NCBI GenBank assembly: GCA_040954595.2
Contig: CM082580.2
Coordinates: forward strand, 11,546,909 to 11,610,908
Reading direction: 5' to 3'
DNA length: 64,000 bases
Source of the DNA: Balanoglossus misakiensis
Lineage: Eukaryota > Animalia > Hemichordata
The notes under the pieces were generated by a model. That model ran no database searches and was not told where the DNA came from. It saw only the letters and a list, made by a program, of their open reading frames with translations. This document shows, in pieces, positions 1-13,900 of the stretch (within the stretch, counting starts at the first letter, position 1; every line of letters begins with the position of its first letter). The translations under genes were made by a program, and so were the position numbers.

Positions 1-595
1 ATCAGATATGGAGAGAATTGATAAAAATGGAAAGTGGGGCACGGGGAATTATCATAAAAACCTGCCCTCCTTTTCTTGTTTCTTTGAAGTGCATAGTTTG
101 TCCCGGGCAACTTTTCATCCCGCGAAATGCAAATATTTGTCAACATCTAAAGTTTGACACTGCAGTATGTACTCGGTATTCATGTCTCAGGCCGTCGATG
201 TGTCGCTCTAATTTGCATAGGTAGTTCAAAAATTTGTGGATGATACTCAGGCACAAGCACCTGGATTGAATTCCACCAAGAGAACATTTTGGCATAGCAT
301 TCAGGGATATTGAATAAAGTGATCAGTTCACTGAATTGACACTCCATGTGTGAAATATTGTTTTGTGTCTGTTTATGTAATCAAATGAATTTTCTTTGAA
401 ATTGACCTGCAGCATACACATATGCTGGTAGTAATATGGTGTTGATTGTATTGTAAAGTAAACTGACTTTTGTGTGGTATAGGATTATCTGGTTGTTTTT
501 GATGGCGTATGGTCACTTGAATTTTTTATGTGTATAGTTACAATGTGTCACTGGAAATCCATAGACAGGCTCACTTGTCTTGGTCTGGATTTCTG

Positions 596-660
596 TGTGT
601 GTGTATGTGTGTGTGTGTACATGTATGTATGTGTGTATGTGCATACGTTTGTGTGCGTGC
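596..660. repeat. (GT)/(GTAT) microsatellite
   Basis: gtgtgtgtatgtgtgtgtgtgtacatgtatgtatgtgtgt... Confidence 0.85.
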
Positions 661-1754
661 AGGCAAGCACAGTACACATGTGTATTGGAGCTAGAGGCTA
701 ACACAGCAAGGGTACGTTTGAATGTTCATCATTCTGTAGATGTTCAAGGCTCACGGCATTGCCTTTTGGCATTGCTTTTTTTCCCCTGGGCTATTTGTCT
801 CGCATCGGCGTCATGGCAACTCAAGTGGCCTGTCTGGCGCGAACACATACAAAGAAGGGAAAATTAGTTCTCTGACCAAGTGCTGCTAATTTTCTAACGT
901 GTTGACATTACTGACACCAACAATGTTCCCTGTGAACAATTTGGTAGCTAATGATTTTTCCGTTCAGAATGAATTCAGCGCTTGAAACTCCCGGGGGAAT
1001 GTCCCAGGTAATCACACTCATTGTAATTGCCAAGTCAGATGCTAATTGAAGTGTGATGTTCAAGAAGAACTGGGCTCCTTGGGATATCATTAAAAAAACC
1101 CAACAATATTATATTGAGCAGTTTCTGCGTGGTTCGCTCGTACAATCTGCGTGTGTTTGTGGAACTATGGACGTAGAGACTGGAACCCAAACCAGAGTCA
1201 TCAGTACAATTATACTCCTGGTTTGAAAACCTGAGGCAGTTTGACTGATTGGCCTAATTTTTTTTATGGGCACACTTTGCAGAATACTAAAAACTTTATG
1301 CCAGGTTAAACTTCGCCTAAATTAGACTTTGGAGAGAGAGAGAAAGCTACGTGCACCACTAAATTACCAAAGAGGCATCCATAACTCTCTCAAATGCAAA
1401 CACTTACCGTGGCCCTTAAAAGACCCCCCAATAAAAACCATGATGCAAAATAAATCGCCTTCCTAGATCATAGGAGAGTGAGTGCACACGTCTAATGTTC
1501 TTAATTTCAACAAACATGTTTACATTGATGCTACTTTTTATATTGTTATTGACCTTCCCAGAATTCCAGGGTTTCGTAGTGACCGGGTCAGAGAATGTAT
1601 TACGTCTTGACCTTGAGTGTAGCTGGCTTGGTTGTTTGTGTTGACCTGGCTGGAATGGCCCCTTTGCAAGTGTGTTGTCAAATTTATTGGTGCGTGGTGA
1701 GGTTATTTTAATAGCTCCCATTTAGTTTATGTACATGTGGAAAATGTGCCAATT

Positions 1755-1771
1755 GGGGGGGGGGGGGGGGG
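1755..1771. repeat. Poly-G tract
   Basis: Run of about 17 G. Confidence 0.9.
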
Positions 1772-4700
1772 ACGTACAGACAAGCAGAAAGTCTCCATCA
1801 AGCAATGTGAATCAACAGGTTGGTTTGCAGTCTGTGGGAGGTGCGGCAGTCAAAAACGTGTTTTTGGAAGGAGACTGTAGTAGACAGGTTCCCAGCATGC
1901 TTGTCTGGGAAAACACTTTGTGAAAGTAATTGCATTTGCTTGACTTGAGCCATTTGTGCTGTTGATTTCCACTACATCAACTGAATCAATCAACCATGTT
2001 TACCTGGGGAGCTGGACGGGAGTGAGTTAAACAGATTGTGAACAATATAGTTGAACTATTATTAAAGTCAGTATTTCTATAAAGGATGCATTTATTGTGC
2101 AAAAAATAGAAATGGATAAAAAGGTTCTATTGTTAGTTTGACAACACCCAAGCTGTGTACATCATACAAAATGTAAATTTGGTGCATAATTCTTGAGGTA
2201 TACAATGGTGTCAACACCTTTTATGATTGAATTGGTAAATTTGCCGAACTGTCCAGTGGATCAAAGCATGCTATGCATTGTCTGGTCTGCCTGGTCCTCT
2301 CAGAGGTCATGGGGAGATGTCGGTGAATACAGTGAGTTCACACCCTGTGGAAAATGTGGCAGACGTCAAATTGAATTACGTGATCGGTTACACCCATCGT
2401 GAGAGCTGGGGGCAGATAAACAAGATATGGACTGAACACAATGGAAGGTTGGGTCCGGTTCTTTTGCTGATGATAAATTTTATACAGATGTGAAAAAATG
2501 ATGGTATTGGTGTATTTCCAACCGCTGAAACATAGAAACGCTATCTCCACTGGTTGCCAGGTGGACAAATTGAACTAGAGAAATTATGCATTTTACCATT
2601 TCTGAGTGTCAAAGAGGTATATCTTCGATCCTCTGAGATAACTTTGATAGCTCATGATAGCTTTATCTGTAAATATTTAATCTTTTGACACTTTTTAGCA
2701 GAATGTTGATAAGTTATCCTCTGGAACTTTGCGACAAACTACTGAGCATAGTTACTGATTGGTCAAAAGTATTACGTTGATTTTTGGTGTCTTTCTCTAG
2801 ATTTGATTCCTGTATAATCATTCAAATCAGATGCCATACAATGTAACTTGAATAAAAACAAACATTTTCAAAGCATCAGTGTTCTGATATCATAAATCAG
2901 TCAGTTTCCACAAACGTTTGCTTTCATGCCACTGACAACGTTGTCTTCGTCATTCATTACAGTGCTTTGTTCTCAGGGTTTTTGGTGGGTTGGTCATTCT
3001 TGTGTATCTCAAAATCAACTCCCAACACACCAATTATCCCGGGCACAAATCACAGATGCAGTTTCTCTATCCATTGACATTTTAAGGTCCCTGTGATGTA
3101 ACAGTCCACCTGTGTGATCTTGAAAAGGAGGAGACATTGGGGTTTGCAAGGAAAACTGACTCCTGAGAGTGTAATTAATTTCTTCTCCTTGAGCAGTCAG
3201 TAGATTTGTGAGTCTAGTATCTGTCCGTGTTTGTATGCCTTGCTCCAAAACTGAGCGGACAAAACACAGCTAGATACTAGACTATAGATTTGCAGACAGT
3301 CTGAAGGTTATCAGTTAGAAGACAGTTATCCTGAATTGTTTTAACCACCGAACATTGAAGTGGAAGGTGATCCCCATTGAGGGATTTGTAGGAATTTACA
3401 CCTTAAAATAACAGAGGACAGCAGAGTGAGTCCCTGTTATGTAACACCTCCCCTTTCTGATATTGAAAACAGTTTTTAAACTGTGTTGCTCAAAAGATTG
3501 AACACAGGCCGTGAAAGAAGAAGGTAAATAATTCCCCAGAATCAAATAATGGGAAGTGGCTATGATTGCTTGCCCCCGAACAATACCTGATTGGTTTCTG
3601 AATGGGTCAGTTCTGGTAATCCCTGCACAGTTAGGAATTTCTCCAAGTCTCAAAAACTGAAATGTCATAGACTTGGTGTCCAGGCATTAACTGATGGCAT
3701 GATCAAAAACTGAAAATGAATTATAACAAGTGACTGGCCTGCAACCAAAAATAGATGACTTCAATCTTTAATGCATGGGTACATGTAAACATGCAATTGA
3801 ACACTCTGTACCCTCATTTACATATGTATTGTACATTGCATACTGAAAGGTATTGTACAATTGAACTTCTTGGGTAACAGCAGTAGATGTATAATAATCT
3901 CCAATGATAAATGTGTTCCTACATGTGCAGCCAGTGATTTGGGAAAGATCCTCTACTCTGTATCTTGCACATGGCTTCTTCAGTAGAACATAACATTCAT
4001 TTCCTCAAGGTATAGAGTGTTGATTTAACCATTAAAGTCAAATTATCATTATGAATTTTTAAAATAAATCAGTCCTATCGTGAAATTTGCATATATTTTT
4101 TTAATTTACATGTCACAGCTTTTCAGGCCTTAACACTTCAAAGACTTTTTGTGATAGCTAGATTATGGACTAAAAGTAGTTCTTTCAAATCTGGTTATGC
4201 AACATCAAATGATATGATACTGTCATGTGTCATTAACCCCTGCATTTAACCCGTTCTTTGTATTTCTACATGTACTGGCAAATGTCATGTTTTTGTAGGT
4301 GTTTGTGGGTGTTGAATATGTACACAATCCACATGCCAGTGTGGTGTATATGTCTTTACCATAAACAACTTTAAAGTCAAGTGTGTGTACGTGATTGAGT
4401 TTATAAAACAAACCATCAATTGGTCCTGTTTTGTTAAAGAGGCTTCCAAATTCTATCATTGCTTTGAAAGCTCAGTTATCATAACAAAATCAAGTTGTCT
4501 AGACACAGACTCAAAAAACTTGTAGCCACAAGCCTAGAGTTGAAGTCTGTCAATAGATGTTACTCGTCCTGTGTTTTTACAAATTCACATTTTGCTTTTA
4601 TATAACAAAGTGTTCCATTAAAAAGTTTTTACAATAAAAAGAAAAAAACACATAAAATAATGTCATAGTTTTATTAGCATTTAATTGATGTGTTTGTCAA

Positions 4701-5428
4701 TTTTGATTACAAGGGGTAAAAACCATGTCATTTAAAAACACCCTTGATATTCGGACAAAGAAACACAACTCGAACACAACAGCTGTTCTTTCAAACAAAT
4801 TTTTAGCAAAAGGTTGCAGAGTTCATTGGTCTTATTTTGCTGAAAGAAGCTAATTACATACCAGGTCCATTGTGTTTCCACGTTAAACAACAATAGAAAA
4901 TATGCACCAGTACAAGACTGGTATTATGGTAATAATTGATCGGAAGACCCCCGTTTGCAGAGGGAGCGTTGGTAGCTATGGATCTGTTGTCATTTGAGGG
5001 CTACCTCGGCTTTTGATGTCCACTGGACGGCTTCTTGAGAGTGAAGTGACAGAGTTTCCGTGTGAATAAAACGCTTCAAAATCAATAGCTTCTGTAAGAG
5101 TCACCTTCAAAGGGATCTGTTGTTACTTGGCCGTGTGCCAACACAACTCTTAAGTTTGTTGTGTCTTTATAGTCTGTTCAGGTTTGGAAACATCTCTAAT
5201 TTCAGGTGAAATGGAACTTTTGCATGTTACTAATTTTCTAGAGTTGGTAATGATGAACTGAATGGATTTGATATGTATGTTTTCCAAACAAATACAGCAA
5301 AGAAGAAACTATAGTCTATTCATGTCATGTGTCATTGGCTATAAAATAAACACACACATTCTGCAAATAAATACACACATGTGCTCATGCATGTGTGTGT
5401 GCCTACATGTGTACACATACATGCATGA

Positions 5429-5465
5429 ATACATACATACATACATACATACATACATACATACA

Positions 5466-5497
<32 letters not shown>

Positions 5498-5521
5498 CAT
5501 GTATAAAAACATACATACATA
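5429..5521. repeat. (ATAC)n microsatellite
   Basis: About 16 perfect ATAC units plus a degenerate tail. Confidence 0.95.
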
Positions 5522-6137
5522 TATGAGTATACAACTGTATGTATATGAGTGTACAACTTGTATGCAATCATGTTTAAAGCACTCCTAAAGCGTTGGCTGT
5601 TCTTTTTGGGTGTTGCCCAGATCAAGAACGTCATTGATTGCACCATAAGTAAATTGACACCTGTTGAATCTTGCGTCTCTGCCCTCTCCAGTCACCATGT
5701 CTGTTGCTATGGTGACTTTGACCATAGTCTGAACTGCTGGGGATTCTGGGGAAAAAACGGCAGAAAATGTATATTTGAAGTTCGGGATTTGTGGGAGAAC
5801 CAGATGGCGTCACATGACGTGTGGTTACAACTACAGTGGGAGTGCAAAGTACACCTGCCAATGATGTGAGTGATAACATAACTATGGCAAAGGTCAGATG
5901 AAATATCTGAGGCATTGTGAAGGAGCCATATTGGACGGGTCGCATTGAGCTGCGAGAGGGTTTGGCTGGCCGTTTTCGCCAGAAAATAGAGCCCCTTTCG
6001 CTTTGAGCAGAGTTCTGTCCTGCGAAAACGTGCCTTCAGAAATCGAGCCGAACAACGGCATATTGTGTTACTGCACTTTAGTTGTGTGTTGCCTGACTAG
6101 GGGGTGGCGATTGGAGTTGTTTAAGCCTATCAAGTAG

Positions 6138-6156
6138 ATGCCCTACAGTGAACAAG
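6138..6156 (+). CDS. Candidate alternative first coding exon of EPS8 (MPYSEQ, phase 1)
   Basis: ATGCCCTACAGTGAACAAG|gtaaaa. Phase 1 fits the acceptors at 9365 and 11481, and it follows a GC/CpG-richer stretch at about 5930-6120. No homology support. Confidence 0.35.
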
Positions 6157-7954
6157 GTAAAATAACCTGATATTTCCAGATTACAATCACCTGGACACTG
6201 GTGTACTATACGTAACATCAGATTTTGTCTGTGGTCGACTATAGTGGGTTGTATGGAAAAACAGGGAATGTTTCCAGGGTAGAATTTTTTGAAGATTGTA
6301 GAATTGGTAACGTAGCTCTCTGCCTGTGTTGTTTGGCTTGTTGCTTGTCATGCATGAAAGTTATGTGGAAAGTTTATCAGCAGTGCATGTATGTGCCCAG
6401 GCTGCAGTCAAAGAGAAGCATTGTTTTGTTGAACAGTTTGGGTCGAGTATGTGTCAGGAAAAAGAATGCCGACGGTTGCCCTCGGGGTGCCAAAGCCATT
6501 CTTGTATTCACCAGCAACCAAAGCATTTTGGAACGCAATATTGTTAGTGACTTTCAAACAGTAAATGTGACAGTAAAATTTTGGGAGTGTGCTCCATGCA
6601 CAAAGAGGCAGTTGCGCTTGTAGCAGTTGTGAGCTTTCCTATTTTGTCTATGGGTAATGAACCAACGGACATGGGCGAATACTGATTTTAAACAGTTCAA
6701 GAACAAAGCCACACCAGCAGACAGATTCCTACGGTAACAGGTAGCACTATTCATGTCAGAGAGTCGGGTGACTTTGAAGTTGTATACCTTCCACTATATA
6801 TGTGTGACCTCTGACCTTGCAAAGCCTATCCATCAAGCAGATCGCGATGGAGTGAGTCAGGCCAGAAGACGTCCCTGCCATCTCGGACCTCACCTTCACC
6901 TTGCTCTATTAAAATCAAATGATAAACTCCCCGTCAGATAGATAGCCATGATTCCTTTATAATTGAAAGGGGAGCGACAATTCGAATATTGAGTTAGCTA
7001 AAAAGTAATCCTATTAACTTCACTGGGTTTATGATAAAGTCAACTTATTAGCGCAAAGCACCTGTAGATGTGAATCTAGGTCATAAATTGGGACGGAGAA
7101 TAAGTCTGTCGTCTAACAGGTGGCCAGTGTAGATTGGTTGTATGTAACCAAAGCCCTCGAATGTAACTGTGTGATGGAAAGTCCTTACTTTCATTAGTGC
7201 ATGTTATTTATGCGTGTGGCTTGAACTTGATCCCCTCAGCGTGATCTTGAACTTCTGTAACAGTTCAACTGGAAAAAACAACAAACAATCTAACTAAGCT
7301 GTGGGACTTTTCATAAAGGACGTGTCGTTGAAATGGTTTATTCTGAAGTGGTTTCCTGGAAACAAATGATTTTTTCTCTCTTTTCTCAAACCTAGCCTGC
7401 ATGTAATGTTTCTCAACCAAAGGAGAATTTTAATAAAATTCCCAATAAATCATTGTGAAGTTGCTTGTCTCATCGTTTTCCCTCAAGCCCTCTGACTCTG
7501 TGCTTGAGAATTGAAGGCAACTTGACTTCGAGAACTGTTGGGGGTGTCACTGGTTTTCTAGTGAATTCAACTTTCAGGACTGTTAAGCTAATGAATTAAT
7601 AATATGCCGAGCAGGAGACAAAATTTTATCATAGAGCAGGTCAAAGGTCATCATGATTGGGGGCTGTTCAATATGGACTTGAATTTTATCTTTCTGTGTT
7701 AGTGACTCTGCTAGGCCATGACGACCTTAGCCATGTCAACAAATATGGGTTTTTAACTTGAAAGGATTCGTGGGGTTGGGAGCATTGAATCAGAATTTCT
7801 AAAGTCAGTAAATATCAGATTCCACACTCGGTTATTTGATACATTATTTTAATATTTTTCTGTGATTTTTTTTCTTCATTTGCAGACAATAACTGAGAGC
7901 ACTTTGGATTGTCAATAAGGGCGTGCCTCGCTTTGGCATCAGTAGAGACACATA

Positions 7955-10900
7955 ATGCCGGTTCATGCAAGCAAAAGAGCTGAACCACCAATGGAAGTGT
8001 GGGACGACTCTGGATATTCCCAAAACTCATCATACATGAACGGAAATCCAAGGTAAGTCCCCTTTTCTTTTTTGAGAACTTTGTGATCATGGGTAGTTGA
8101 AGTTTTGACAGTATAGGTTTTGTTTGTACTCGATTGAAATCTGTTGCAAGTCTCTCTCTCATACACACAGAAACACACACACACAGACACACACACAATA
8201 TATACATATACGTTTCTGACTGTTTTTGAATGTGTTATTTTGTTTTTAGCAGCAGCCACCCTCACAACCAGAATGGATATGTACCCAATGGTTACCTTCA
8301 ACAGATAAATGCACCGGGTCCTGGACCTGGCCAGCCGGCTGGCAATCCTGGTAAAGTACCTGTGTCTGGGAAAGATATTTACGGTAGGTAGTCCGGAATA
8401 TCCTCTGGAATTCTTGGATTGTGGGTAGATCATCAGTTTGGAATTGGAGGAATAAGGTCATATTGATAAGTGGAAGCTCTGTTGTTGTATTCAACCCATC
8501 CTCCCTCCATATCATTCTTTTCACGAGAATGATTACATCCTTATACACAAATATTTTGTGAAAGGATTGAAATATGACAGGGTGTTTAACCATCATATTT
8601 CATTTCAACATTGTTACAATTATGGTGTTTTGTTCCTGTATTGGCGTCAACTTTTTACAGCTTCTTCATTTTTGTCAATTATGAAGTTAGTTTTTAAAAT
8701 CACATCAGACCTAATAAAATCTGGTGATTGCTCTCAAGTCGGAACTAATTGGTTTTATTGGAGGAAGAAAATAAATTTTCAAAATACAATTTTGATGCAT
8801 GATACCACTGGTTTTATTAGTGTGGCTTTTGTCAACTCTGCTTCTGTGTCTGGCAGAGGTATGTCGTGAAAATATGACATGTGTCGTCCAGACACCAATT
8901 ATAAATGAAATTGCCTGGTGAAGCAGAAATGTGTTTATACTCGGTAATCTCTTGCTTCTCCACAAATCACCACTTTACGTTATGTGCCTGCCCCCAAAAC
9001 TCATTTCCTTCCAGGAACACCCCTTCCTCCTGAAAAATTGCTGTCAAAATTTGTGTACATAAAACGAAATTCTTGATGGTTTGCTACTCAGTATTTTGAC
9101 GTATTGAATGTTAGTCTGGACGTTTTGTTTGCTGTTCGTGTGTCGGATGAAACTACTGAGTGGTTTCTGCATTCAGATGGTTAGTTTCAAATCACATCAC
9201 ACCTCTTTGGGACAGTTTTCATTTCATAATTCAACATTGATAAAACACAGGTCAGACATGGGAGACAAAGAATGTATGTTCTGCAATTTGTCTTGTCATA
9301 AAAATTAGCATTTTGTGACGTCTGCTAAAATTTGACAGTTTCTTCCCCTTTTCTGATTTTGCAGAAATTCGCCGACAATGGACGGAGGGCAAACTCAAAA
9401 TGTATAGTACGTTGTTTTTTAATCACCTGTCATATTTCTCTTGTAGACTTGATTTGAACTGGAAATCTCTGCTCTAAGAGAATTGTGCTGATGATTATAC
9501 CTTCCTAACAATCTGGCTATTTGCATCTTTGCATTTACACGCATATGCTATTGCACGCATAACCGATTAACCTAGTTCTAGTTTCCCAACAAGACCGTAT
9601 GATAACTCTTTCACACATCTTGCTCGTCAACAAGATGAGTACGGTTGTGTTAGCATATGCAGGCTTGTTTGAAAGTGTATGTGTGTGCATGTGCATGCTC
9701 GCATGTGTGCTTGTATGTACGTCGATGTATAATTCTGTATCTGAGTGCTAGGGTCAATTGCAGTTAGTGTTGTCAATTTGTCTTTTGTCCATGAACTTGC
9801 AAGCCACAGACTTGAATGATTGTCTCTACCAGCTAAGCTGTAGCTATCTCTCTGCTAGTTTGAGCTTTGCTTTGTGGTGAATGTGTTTGTAGTTTTACTG
9901 CTGCAGCTGCTGTGTGTTCCTCTAGCAATGTTCAGTTATGGTGTTATAACCCTTTCACCCCCAGTTCCCTTTTAGAGGTCCAACCTTACCATAGAAAACA
10001 ACGGGTTTGGACTGAACCATGGTGGTGAAAGGGTTAATCAATAACACCATGGTGGCATGTGGAGAACATCTGAATTGCAATTGAAATGATTCAACGGCAG
10101 ATGCTAGCTGTCACAGGTTACCATCTTGCATCGTATCATTGCAGACCACATTTAATAATAGATAACACCTTTGGCACACCTGTTGCACAGATTCATATAC
10201 ATGTATAAACAAACATAAAGAAACAAAATCAATCACAGCCAACATCGTGGGACTGCTGTTGGTCAGCTATAATCAGTAGATTTTCAGTCATGCGTAGTGT
10301 ACTAACTGGTAATATTCTTATCAACAGATTATAAGCAACGTAAACCCCCTCCCTCCACCCCTTAGCCTGGCATATTCACCCCACTGCTTTTGATTAATTT
10401 TATAAATGATAGCTTTTATTTAGCTTTTGTAATTAGATGTGTTGCAGAATGCTTCTTTTGACAAGTCCACTCTAATAGTAATTTACACTTCACAGAAAAG
10501 TTATGAGTTGTAAACTGGCTGTGACCAGATTAATATTCAAATGAGATGTAATCAAATGGACCAATCAAAAAAGAGATTTTCAAGAAACTTTCATGATTAT
10601 TATCACATTGTACTCATGGACTGTGAAGTGAATTTGCTCCTAGACTGGACTTGAGACCAGTTGTGATTTGTTAGATTCACCTGTCAGTTAAATTGATCTA
10701 CGTGGATCACAACACGTCCACACAGAGCAGTATCTTGACGGATGTGATTTTGAGATCGATATTAAACTGATGCAGATAACCGTAGGCTTTGCACACTGAC
10801 CCTACATAACTAACACACATGAAATTCAACAGATGCATGTTTTTGTATCGTTGGCCATTGATATCACAGATGTGCAAATTGATATGTCTCAACTCCTACA

Positions 10901-13900
10901 AACCTTCACCAAATTTCCTCACATTTCATGGTTTTTGTGATGACAATATCTGAACAAAGGGTACTGAATTGTTAGAAAAGCATTCTTATCTTCCAGTGAT
11001 TGCAACTGACACATGCGTAAAATCCTTTCGCATCACCTTAACTACAAAACCCTGGTAGAATCTAAATCGATGACCTGTGAACTTTAGGTCAAAGGTCATC
11101 AATTAGTTCTTGATAATTGATGGTCATATTTTTCTTCTGACTGTCTTGACTTTCTCAGCTATTGAAATACCCTGTTAAGATTAGATTAGATCAGAATCAT
11201 TTTTTTCACTAATCTGATTAATGTCTTTGCTTTTTTAATAATAGATGCTTTTCTGATAAATACAGGTTTGACATCTATACTATTAAGTAAACTATTATAT
11301 TAAAAATAGAATGTCTCTACTGATCTTTTTTCTGTAGTGATACATCTGTGTTTCTTACATGTCTTGCTGTTTGGTGACTGGGTTTTTGGAACCTTGTTCA
11401 GTCAACAGAATACGGAAAAATTAACATTTGTATCATTTTCTAGTTGTAACCTGTTTTGGTTTACTATGGTTGTTTTACAGAACAAAGGCGAAATTGGACA
11501 AGAAATGAAGGACCAGACAATGTTTTCTACCCGGTGGAGGTAAGTTGTTGTTTGTGGGGATGGTGTGTTTCTGAATGTGTGTGTGTCTGTATCAGTCAAA
11601 TGCTGTGAATTCCTAACATAGTGTTCCGTTGCAAACAACAGAAGAAACATTGCTTGGAACAATAAAAGCCATTTAAGAGCTCATCTATAATTAGCGATCA
11701 AATATATAATATTTAACCATTACCAGGAACTAGTAGGACTGCTTATCAATGGCATTGTTCTAGTCTTGTGTTGATGCTGCATTGTTCTTGATAAACATAA
11801 AGCAAGTCAAAGAGCATTGTTCAAATGAGAAGCTTTCGTATATAGTTTCAAAAATTAAAATTTAGTCCTATTCTAACACAGCCCAGACCAAGCCTTGTAG
11901 CTTTCACATTGCATACAAGTAATGATAAGCATTCACTTACTCCTGGGTCTCTTGACTTTCAGCATTTGGCGACGTTCTCGGTGGACAGAAAAGAAGCGGT
12001 ACTGACGGTGGAAGACAGCATCCGCAAGCTGAAGTTAATGGATGCCAAGGGGAAAATATGGAGCCAAGAAATGACGCTACAGCTGACAGAGAGGGAAATC
12101 ATTTTAATCGACAATGAAACACAGGTGAGTCTTGCGTTGTGAAGTAGCAAATGAAATATCCTCAGACAATTGGAAGTTTGAAGTTTGCACAGGAAGATTT
12201 TTTTGATCCGTTTATTCATGTCATTTTTCTTTCTTCCCAGGAAACTCTGGAAAACTTTCCACTTCCGAGTATCATCATGTCAACGGCAGTTATCAACGAA
12301 TGTAACTACAACAGTGTTTTAGTCTTCTCATGCAAGGACAACTCACAGAAAAATCCAGATATGCACCTCTTCCAATGTGATCACATCCCGGTAAGTTTTG
12401 TCTTGTCATTTGCTCAAGGCAACTTTAGATTATTTTCTCTTCAAAGTAAGTCTAAACTTTAGGGGTACCTGGTCTCTGAAACTAGGACAGTTCAAATGAT
12501 GAAGAGGTCAGCCAGTGACCTCCATTCATGAGGGTAAAGGGTCCCTTTTTATCAGCACCATCCATTGCAAACAAATTTAGGTGTTGACATTGAAGTTTAT
12601 GGCAGGGGTGACCGTTTTCAACCAGCTTCTTCTCTTGTCCACTGTTTTGATGTTGGCATATCCAGTTGATATATGGCAACATTTGCGTTCTTAACCAGCT
12701 ATAATCAATGTGAATTCAGTAATCTTTAATTTTTTGAAAAAAGTCGGAAAAAATCCAAGGTATTAAAGTGTTGATCATGACGTTGCCTTGGAAATGCATT
12801 GGTAATCTGATAAGCTATGCAGAGTGTTACTGTGTCATGTCTCTATTAAAACTGGGTCTGTTGTAACTCACCAGGCTGATGCTATCGCCAACGACCTACA
12901 AAATGCAGTCGACTATGCAACCGGCAAAAGCAAGAAGAAACCAAAGAAGACCCCTCCCCAAGTGGCTCCCCATCCGCACCCTCACCCCCACCCGCACCCT
13001 CACCCCCAGCAAAACAGACAACAGTATCCACCACCCCAAGCGGATTACCCCCCTTACCCGCAAGACATGAGGCAGTCGGGTCACCATCGACAGGAAGAGA
13101 TGATCCCACCTCCACCAATGGAGATGGCACCGGAACCCCCCTCGGAAGGGAATGTACGCAATAAGGTAGCCCTGTATACAGCTGCAGCCAAGCAAGGTAA
13201 ATATTGGTTTATTTTAGGACTTGTACTCTCAAGAATTGTAATAAACTGCCTGGTGTTGATTATTCAATATCTGATATTCAAAGAGAGTGGCATACTTGTG
13301 TTATTTTTTGCAAAGTTTTATTTTGTTATTATATTATACCAGTATATTGATGGTGTAAATCACGCTATTTGATTGGTCGAGACACGACACGTGACCGTGA
13401 TATATTAGCCATATACCACAGTCATATATCATAGTTAAAGAAAATGCCTTTTTAAAATGTTTTATGCAAAGTTTCAATATACTGGCATAATATAATAGCA
13501 ATAAAACACCCCCAGCCATGGTATACCACTCGATTTTGACCAGTTCAACTCCATATACGCACTCGCTATCGCTCGTGCGTATATGTCGTGAACTGGTCAA
13601 AATCTCGTGATATACCATGGCTGGGGGTGTTTTATTGCTTAATCATTTGAGAAGCTGTCGCCATGTGTAATGTCTGAAACCTTGTGTGACACTGTGTCTT
13701 CATCTACAGGAAATGGCCAGCCAGCTGTACCCAGGGTAGTTATGCCCCCAAGATCTCCCTCTGGCAGACCAGCGGGAAAAGATGACGATTCCATTGAGAT
13801 GTTGGCACTCAGAACAGAGAGAGATGTGGTAAGTGATTGAAGATGATTTTTGGAAGGAAGTGTCCAAATGGCACCAGAGAAGGAAGGATATCTCGAGAGA

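Noticed and set aside
5262-5646. YIHT / MYVC repeat ORFs
   Set aside because: Artefacts of the (ATAC)n microsatellite.
1-6000. Short ORFs upstream of EPS8
   Set aside because: No recognisable motifs or consistent exon chain, and several are translations of microsatellites. Probably EPS8 upstream or first-intron sequence.
6225-6623. 132-aa ORF
   Set aside because: Non-ATG start, no domain features and no fitting splice context.
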